Positions 46,132-51,501 of a stretch of DNA of 51,501 nucleotides are shown piece by piece. Both the position numbers and the translations under genes were made by a program. The DNA is taken from IMG/VR virus record IMGVR_UViG_3300037501_000139, positions 1-51,501 of that record; one strand, 5' to 3'. Every line of letters begins with the position of its first letter. The first letter of the stretch is position 1. This stretch comes from a virus (lineage: Duplodnaviria; Caudoviricetes). The notes beneath the pieces are model-generated. The model searched no databases and had not been told where the DNA came from. It was given only the letters and a program-made list of their open reading frames with translations.

Positions 46132-48506
46132 TGGCGCATGACATAGTTTTACGTGATAACGGGTCGGGAGCGCTCGATATATCTTTCGGAGCCGCGTCGT
46201 CTTCATCGTCTTCGCGATCATCTTCATCGAGTTCTTGCCGGTCGTCGAGCAGCTCATCCTCGTATAAAACTCCTACCGACTATTCCCAAGACGCAGATTG
46301 TGTCGGGTGCTGGCCGACAGATGGGCTGACGAGCGGGTATGAGATACCTGACCTTTCTGGAAACGGGAATCCCATGGAGGTCGGTGATACCGAGGACACG
46401 GATTTCGTATGGGAAGACACCGGTGGCCCGTCAGGGATTACAAATTATCTTCATTTCCCGGCTGGAAGTAGCGGGTGGTACGGGGTATGGTCGAATGATT
46501 TTGATGGTACCCGGCCGTTTAGCTGGGTCGGCTGGGTGAAGTTTGACACGTGGGAAAACTGGTCGAATCCGTTCTACAAGGGTGATGAATGGTATTGCCA
46601 GTTATCGAATTCCGGCAATACGATTTATATGAAGGTACGTCGTGCCACGACGGATATGTATGTTTCAACATCGACGACGTTTTCTGCTGGAGTTTGGGTG
46701 CATATTGCGATAACCTACGATAATTCAGGCGATTCCGATGGGTTAATCGTATACAAGAATGGTTCGGCATGCAGCGTTTCATCTTCGAGTGATGGTAGCG
46801 GTGACCATGTAACTACGTCGGCAGGGGGACTCGGGGGAGAATCCGACATCGGTTCAGATGATGTGTATGTCGCGGAGATGGCGTATTTTGACAGAGTCCT
46901 GACGCCGACGGAGATAGCGGATATTTACGCAAACGGACTGGGGTATACGCGGACGTCGTCGAGTTCATCATCATCGTGCCGGTCGTCGTCTTCAAGCTGT
47001 TCAAGTAGAAGCTCTTCGTCATCATCAAGCATAAGCAGCAGTTCGTCAAGCTCTGTGTCCTCATCATCCTCGAGCTCCTGTCAATCGAGCTCTTCTTCGT
47101 GCAGCAGCCAGTCTTCATCATCGAGTTCTTCTTGCCGATCATCGAGTTCTTCCTGCTCATCGCGGTCGTCATCTTCGTCAAGCAGTATTTCGAGCTCATC
47201 GAGTTCATGCCGGTCGTCGAGTTCCAGCTGCTCTTCGTGGAGCTCTTCATCATCGAGCAGCATATCGTCATCTTCGTCGTCGTGTAGGAGTTCATCTTCT
47301 TCCTGTTCGTCGCAGTCGTCCTCGTCGTCGTGCAGTGTTTCTTCGTCCTCTTCGAGTTGCCGGTCTTCGAGCTCGTCGTGTTCTTCAAGAAGCAGCTCTT
47401 CCTCAAGCAGCGTTTCATCATCGTCGTCAAGCTGCCGGTCGAGTTCGTCCTCATGTTCGAGCCAGTCGTCTTCTTCTTCGTCGAGTATCAGCAGCAGCTC
47501 GTCGAGTTGCCGATCATCCAGCAGCAGCTGTTCGTCGCAGTCCTCATCGTCTTCCAGCAGCTGCCGGTCATCGTCTTCGAGCTGTTCCAGTTTATCGAGT
47601 TCATCTTCCAGCTCGTGCCGGTCGAGTTCATCGTCCTGCTCATCGCGGAGCTCATCATCGTCATCAAGTGTATCAAGCTCATCGTCATCATGCCAGTCGT
47701 CGAGCAGCTCCTGCTCTTCGCGGAGCTCATCCTCGTCAAGTAGCGTGTCATCATCGAGTTCGTCTTGCCAGTCATCATCGTCATCGTCGTCTTGCAGGAG
47801 TTCATCGTCGTCTTGTTCATCACGGAGTAGCTCTTCGTCATCGAGCGTTTCAAGCTCATCGAGTTCGTGCCGGTCGAGCAGCTCTTCCTGTTCGTCGCGG
47901 AGTTCGAGCTCATCGAGCATATCTTCATCGTCAAGCTCATGCAGGAGCTCATCATCGTCATCGAGCATTTCAAGCTCGTCTTCGAGTTGCAGGTCGTCGA
48001 GCAGCTCTTGCTCTTCGCGTTCAAGTTCATCGAGCTCATCATCGTCATCTATAGCATTCTCATCATCCAGCTCTTCATCCTGTTTGTCGTCGAGCTCTTC
48101 ATCCTGCCGGTCATCGTCAAGCTCATCGAGCGTGTCGAGCAGCTCATCGAGCAGTGTGTCGTCTTCATCTTCGAGCTGCCTGTCGTCAAGCTCATCGAGC
48201 AGTGCTTCTTCGTCGTCATCAAGCAGCAGGAGCTCATCGAGTTCATCAAGCAGCTGCCGAAGCTCATCGTCATCGAGCAGCGTATCGTCTTCATCGTCAA
48301 GCAGATCTTCACACAGTTCAAGTTCATCAAGCTCGTCGAGTTCTTTCGGATCGAGCTCGTCGAGCTCGTCATCGTCGAGCACCTATTTTTTATTTATAGA
48401 GGTATTTCGATCACGGATAAACCCGCAGATGCGCATGAAATCATTCATCTCGCCGGTTATACGCAGGGATTCGATCATCCCTGAATTGGAGGAGGCCCAT
48501 GCCTGA
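46131..48506 (+). CDS. LamG-like protein with a roughly 470-aa periodic poly-Ser/Cys tract
   Basis: WVHIAITYD...YFDRVLTPTEI; tract at about 46955-48380 with a 25-aa unit CRS5CS2(R/Q/W)S7(I/V)S6. Confidence 0.75.
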   Translation: MAHDIVLRDNGSGALDISFGAASSSSSSRSSSSSSCRSSSSSSSYKTPTDYSQDADCVGCWPTDGLTSGYEIPDLSGNGNPMEVGDTEDTDFVWEDTGGPSGITNYLHFPAGSSGWYGVWSNDFDGTRPFSWVGWVKFDTWENWSNPFYKGDEWYCQLSNSGNTIYMKVRRATTDMYVSTSTTFSAGVWVHIAITYDNSGDSDGLIVYKNGSACSVSSSSDGSGDHVTTSAGGLGGESDIGSDDVYVAEMAYFDRVLTPTEIADIYANGLGYTRTSSSSSSSCRSSSSSCSSRSSSSSSSISSSSSSSVSSSSSSSCQSSSSSCSSQSSSSSSSCRSSSSSCSSRSSSSSSSISSSSSSCRSSSSSCSSWSSSSSSSISSSSSSCRSSSSSCSSQSSSSSCSVSSSSSSCRSSSSSCSSRSSSSSSSVSSSSSSCRSSSSSCSSQSSSSSSSISSSSSSCRSSSSSCSSQSSSSSSSCRSSSSSCSSLSSSSSSSCRSSSSSCSSRSSSSSSSVSSSSSSCQSSSSSCSSRSSSSSSSVSSSSSSCQSSSSSSSCRSSSSSCSSRSSSSSSSVSSSSSSCRSSSSSCSSRSSSSSSISSSSSSCRSSSSSSSISSSSSSCRSSSSSCSSRSSSSSSSSSSIAFSSSSSSSCLSSSSSSCRSSSSSSSVSSSSSSSVSSSSSSCLSSSSSSSASSSSSSSRSSSSSSSSCRSSSSSSSVSSSSSSRSSHSSSSSSSSSSFGSSSSSSSSSSTYFLFIEVFRSRINPQMRMKSFISPVIRRDSIIPELEEAHA

Positions 48507-48855
48507 TTTTTGCAGGAATAATTACACCGAGAAGCATTATGTCGATGAGGTGGGTACGGCGATATATATCAATTGCGGGCAGGATGTTTCTGGCGCGGTT
48601 GATTGTTTCGTGTATATGAAACGACCGGACGGGTCAGTCGTCAAGCGGGCAGCGACGCCTGTGGTATTCGAGGGAAGTCTCAATTATGTGAGGATGGTCC
48701 TCGAGAGTGGAGACTTCAATCAGGCGGGCGATTATAGCTGTCAGGTATGGCTAACGCTCGGCACGTGGAATGGAGGAGGCAATGAGTTCATAATAACGGT
48801 AGATGAGCGGATGTCGAGCTCATCCAGCTCATCATCGAGCTCAAGCGGCGCATAG
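48499..48855 (+). CDS. Putative virion beta-sandwich protein ending in S11-GA
   Basis: MKRPDGS, DFNQAGDY pattern resembles BppU-like N-terminal domains. Confidence 0.55.
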   Translation: MPDFCRNNYTEKHYVDEVGTAIYINCGQDVSGAVDCFVYMKRPDGSVVKRAATPVVFEGSLNYVRMVLESGDFNQAGDYSCQVWLTLGTWNGGGNEFIITVDERMSSSSSSSSSSSGA

Positions 48856-48865
48856 AAAGGACTCC

Positions 48866-49168
48866 ATGGATAAGGGCATTATCACCATAATCGGGTTGCT
48901 GCTGACGAATGCAGGGTTTCTGTTCGGCATGTGGAAATATTTCGACGGGCGATTCAGTCGGGTATATGGACGGCTGGATGAGGTGAAAAACTTCGCAGAG
49001 TCAACATACGTCCGGCGCGATAATTGCGCAATCCTGCATAACTCAACGGCAGACAATCTCCGCGGGATGGAGATGCGGTTTGATGACCGGCTGGACAAGC
49101 TGGACGAAAAAATCGAGAACAATTTCAAGCTGGTCATGGACATGATCAGAGATTCCCGCGAAAAATGA
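48866..49168 (+). CDS. Single-TM coiled-coil protein of the lysis region
   Basis: N-terminal TM, YVRRD, RLDKLDEKI. Confidence 0.6.
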   Translation: MDKGIITIIGLLLTNAGFLFGMWKYFDGRFSRVYGRLDEVKNFAESTYVRRDNCAILHNSTADNLRGMEMRFDDRLDKLDEKIENNFKLVMDMIRDSREK

Positions 49169-49193
49169 CGCGGGATTAACAGGGGAGGAAAGC

Positions 49194-49448
49194 ATGGATC
49201 TGTATACAATCATCAGCGTTGTGGTCATCCCGCTTATCGTGGCAGGGCTGCGTAAGCTCAAGTTGCCTGCGAAGTGGGCGCCAGTGGCGGCGTTCGTCGT
49301 GGCAAGCGCGCTTGTGGCGCTGGGGCAGGTGTTCGGACTTGCTCTGGACATCAACACGATCGCGCAGGCGATCATCGTTGCCTTGGGCACGGCAGGCGTG
49401 TCGGTGCTCGGGTATGATGCGGTCAAGAAGTTAACGGAGAAAAAATGA
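49194..49448 (+). CDS. Holin
   Basis: 84 aa, three hydrophobic segments, GYDAVKK basic C-terminus; lysis region. Confidence 0.75.
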   Translation: MDLYTIISVVVIPLIVAGLRKLKLPAKWAPVAAFVVASALVALGQVFGLALDINTIAQAIIVALGTAGVSVLGYDAVKKLTEKK

Positions 49449-49681
49449 CGATACCCTACCTTACCCTCGCGAAGTGGGGAGGTGGGATCGTGGGCGGATT
49501 AGCTGCGGCGTGGATAATATACGCCGGGCTAATCCGGCCCACAACGAAACCGAACCCCACAACCACGAATCAAGCGGATGCGATTTACAATTATAACAAT
49601 GCGCCGCGCGTTTCGTTCGGGTGCGCGTATTGGAAGATAGACAGGAGGCCGGATGCAAATTGTACTGTTAGCGGTCAGTAG
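49445..49681 (+). CDS. Small membrane-anchored protein (spanin candidate)
   Basis: One TM followed by a polar tail; ATGA coupling to the holin. Confidence 0.4.
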   Translation: MTIPYLTLAKWGGGIVGGLAAAWIIYAGLIRPTTKPNPTTTNQADAIYNYNNAPRVSFGCAYWKIDRRPDANCTVSGQ

Positions 49682-50114
49682 CGTCATCTGCGCGGTCCTG
49701 TACCGCGCTGGTGGTATGAGCCGAGACGCAAGTGCCGAGCCGAAGTGGATCCCGGTGTGTATGCGCAGGAGCTGGGTGCGCGATTGGATCATTCCTGTTG
49801 TGATGTACGTTCCAGTGCTGATCAGTCCGTGCCATGCGATGATGATCATTCTGGCGATCGGGCTTACGGGGGCGGCGCTGACGACGTATTGGGATGAGGT
49901 GTTCGGGTACGACAACTTCTGGGCGCACGGGTTCGTTATTGGGTTGGCGGCGTACCCGCTGATCGTCTGTGGCGCGGATCCGTGGCGGCTGTTTATCCGG
50001 GCGCTGGCGCTGGGTTTATTGGTAGGTGGGTGGAGCGCGCTGATTAAAAAAGATTGGCTCGAGGAGATGGGGCGCGGGTTTCTCGTCGCTGTGAGTGTAG
50101 GAATTCTTTTATAA
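49653..50114 (+). CDS. Multi-pass membrane protein
   Basis: Several hydrophobic segments; LYRAGG, WVRDW, EEMGRG. Confidence 0.6.
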   Translation: MQIVLLAVSSVICAVLYRAGGMSRDASAEPKWIPVCMRRSWVRDWIIPVVMYVPVLISPCHAMMIILAIGLTGAALTTYWDEVFGYDNFWAHGFVIGLAAYPLIVCGADPWRLFIRALALGLLVGGWSALIKKDWLEEMGRGFLVAVSVGILL

Positions 50115-50122
50115 AAAAAGAC

Positions 50123-50151
50123 TTGACACGGTTTGGAGGGCAAGGTAATAT
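50123..50151 (+). promoter_or_regulatory. Sigma70-like promoter
   Basis: TTGACA-17nt-TAATAT preceded by an A tract. Confidence 0.65.
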
Positions 50152-50179
50152 GGGTATGTAGTTAAGAGGAGGCAAAAAG

Positions 50180-50330
50180 ATGCAAACCACCGGAAGGGTT
50201 CACGTGCGTTTTTCTTTTTATCAACTCAGTCCCATCTGTCGAACGCGGAATACGCACGGGCCTTCGGGCTTTGCTTCCGGCCGTTAGTAGGCAGGTGGGA
50301 CTTTTTATTTTAGGGAGGTTAGACGTGCGT
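50180..50330 (+). promoter_or_regulatory. Structured leader (35-codon leader ORF plus terminator-like stem enclosing antisense boxes)
   Basis: 13-bp stem 50228-50240/50290-50302 plus T run; enclosed ACGCACG and CTTCCGG complementary to 50203-50209 and 50190-50196; C(UUCG)G hairpin at 50260-50269. Confidence 0.6.
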
Positions 50331-51161
50331 AATAATCTTGGTCAGTTTATTGCGGGGCACACTACATCCGAAAATATGCGCAGAAAAATAAGAGGGGCTC
50401 TTTATGGGCGCTTTCGGGGGGACAAGAACCCCAATTGGAAGGGGGGAAGATGGAAAGACGAAAGGGGCTACATCCGCATACCAACGGTTCCGGGGAGTGA
50501 TGCTTATGTTTATGAACACCGTTTAATCATGGAAAGAATCATCGGCAGGAAACTTAAAAAACAGGAAATCGTTCACCATATTAATGGCGACAAGAGCGAT
50601 AACAAAAAAAGGAATTTATCCTTATTGCCTAATGAAAAATCTCATCGTTGTTTGCATGTAGCGTGGAATAAGGGTAAAAGGGGTACATATTCATTAAGGC
50701 ATTCTGGGCAATTCAAACAAGGAGGAATTCCTTGGAATAAGGGCTTACGGATAGCGCTTTGCATGGCGGCTTTTATAACCCTCGCGGGCATCATAAGCGT
50801 GAGCGTAGCTGGTGAGAACCTGCCGGGCCAACCTATCCGGCTGTCTGAACATTTCCTCGCGCAAGAGTTCCGCTGCCGTCATTGTGGTGAACTCAAGATC
50901 AATATGGAGCTCATCATCAAGCTCGAAGAGCTGCGCGCGGCGATCGGGGGCAAGCCGATCGTGGTGACGTCCGGATATCGCTGCCCTGAACACAACAGGA
51001 AGGTGGGCGGCGTGGCGGATTCGCAGCACCTCTATGGCAACGCTGCGGATATCTACGTCAACGGGATGTCGCCTCGCGCGCTGGCAGAGTACGCGCGCGG
51101 GGTGGGGTTCAGCTACGTCAAGGTGTACCGTGGGTGGATCCACGTAGACGTGAGGCAATAA
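50325..51161 (+). CDS. HNH endonuclease fused in frame to a peptidase M15 (zinc D-Ala-D-Ala carboxypeptidase-type) endolysin
   Basis: GTG start after GGGAGG; YEHRLIME...VHHINGDKSDN; hydrophobic linker; EFRCRHCG, TSGYRCPEHN..VGG...SQHLYGNAADI, WIHVDVR. Confidence 0.85.
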   Translation: MRNNLGQFIAGHTTSENMRRKIRGALYGRFRGDKNPNWKGGRWKDERGYIRIPTVPGSDAYVYEHRLIMERIIGRKLKKQEIVHHINGDKSDNKKRNLSLLPNEKSHRCLHVAWNKGKRGTYSLRHSGQFKQGGIPWNKGLRIALCMAAFITLAGIISVSVAGENLPGQPIRLSEHFLAQEFRCRHCGELKINMELIIKLEELRAAIGGKPIVVTSGYRCPEHNRKVGGVADSQHLYGNAADIYVNGMSPRALAEYARGVGFSYVKVYRGWIHVDVRQ

Positions 51162-51328
51162 TGGACGCGCCAATTGTTGTGAAGCTCGATCGTTTAGTTG
51201 AGATGGGGAAACTGCTCGAGGAGATGCGCACAACGCATGAGCACGACAGGTTCTGGGCGCTCGACAGGCGATTCGAAGAGCTCAAGATGCTATACAAATT
51301 GGAGGACGAGATCAATGCGACGAATTAA
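51161..51328 (+). CDS. Hypothetical protein
   Basis: TAATG coupling to the endolysin. Confidence 0.5.
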   Translation: MDAPIVVKLDRLVEMGKLLEEMRTTHEHDRFWALDRRFEELKMLYKLEDEINATN

Positions 51329-51501
51329 ATTATCCAATGGTCAATTTTCCGTGGTAGACAATGGAGACCTTCTAAATCTGATATATGATTCGACAAGGTA
51401 TCCCTATCGCAAATCCCGATTCGTAAAGTGGCATGCAAAAAAATCAACGAATACAACCTATGCCGTACGTCACGTGCGGGTTTCAAATGGGGCTTGGCAA
51501 A
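51315..51501 (+). CDS. N-terminal part of an HNH-AP2 endonuclease (runs off the window end)
   Basis: GGAGG SD; MRRIKLSNGQFSVVD...KWHAKK...YAVR matches the usual N-terminus of HNH-AP2 proteins. Confidence 0.7.
   Translation, partial: MRRIKLSNGQFSVVDNGDLLNLIYDSTRYPYRKSRFVKWHAKKSTNTTYAVRHVRVSNGAWQ

Noticed and set aside
47081-48382. 433-aa acidic D/E/L-rich ORF on the minus strand (also 42826-43113, 43695-43979, 29319-29639) and alternative plus-frame ORFs over the Ser tracts
   Set aside because: Shadows of Ser codon runs read in shifted frames. The Ser frame is continuous with recognisable structural domains, and all real genes are on the + strand.
39821-48506. Lanthipeptide/RiPP-style modification of the Ser/Cys tracts
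   Set aside because: No LanB/LanC/LanM, YcaO, radical SAM enzyme or kinase recognised in the window.
30377-48506. Diversity-generating retroelement or invertase-based fiber switching
   Set aside because: No reverse transcriptase, TR/VR pair or recombinase seen.

Overview
The window appears to be an almost complete (~51.5 kb) tailed-phage genome with every credible gene on the + strand. The ORF running off the 3' end looks like the N-terminus of the HNH-AP2 ORF at base 1, which suggests a circular or circularly permuted molecule missing only a short gap. Gene order: replication (SNF2 helicase, VRR-NUC, primase-helicase, iteron-like repeat cluster); small accessory genes (acyl carrier protein, GroES-like protein, structured intergenic RNAs); ParB-methyltransferase; terminase; a head and short contractile-tail module of the DUF1073/DUF2213/DUF2184/DUF3383 myovirus type; a sugar-synthesis, methyltransferase and glycosyltransferase cluster; large LamG and beta-helix proteins; lysis genes. 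I found no integrase, repressor or DNA polymerase. The most striking feature is a Cys/Arg-punctuated poly-serine tract (S5-7-C-R-S5-7) on up to seven predicted virion proteins in the head, neck, baseplate and appendages, right next to a glycosylation cluster embedded in the late operon. This is a candidate phage-encoded virion O-glycosylation ('glycan coat') system. All family assignments come from motif recognition and synteny by eye; no searches were run.
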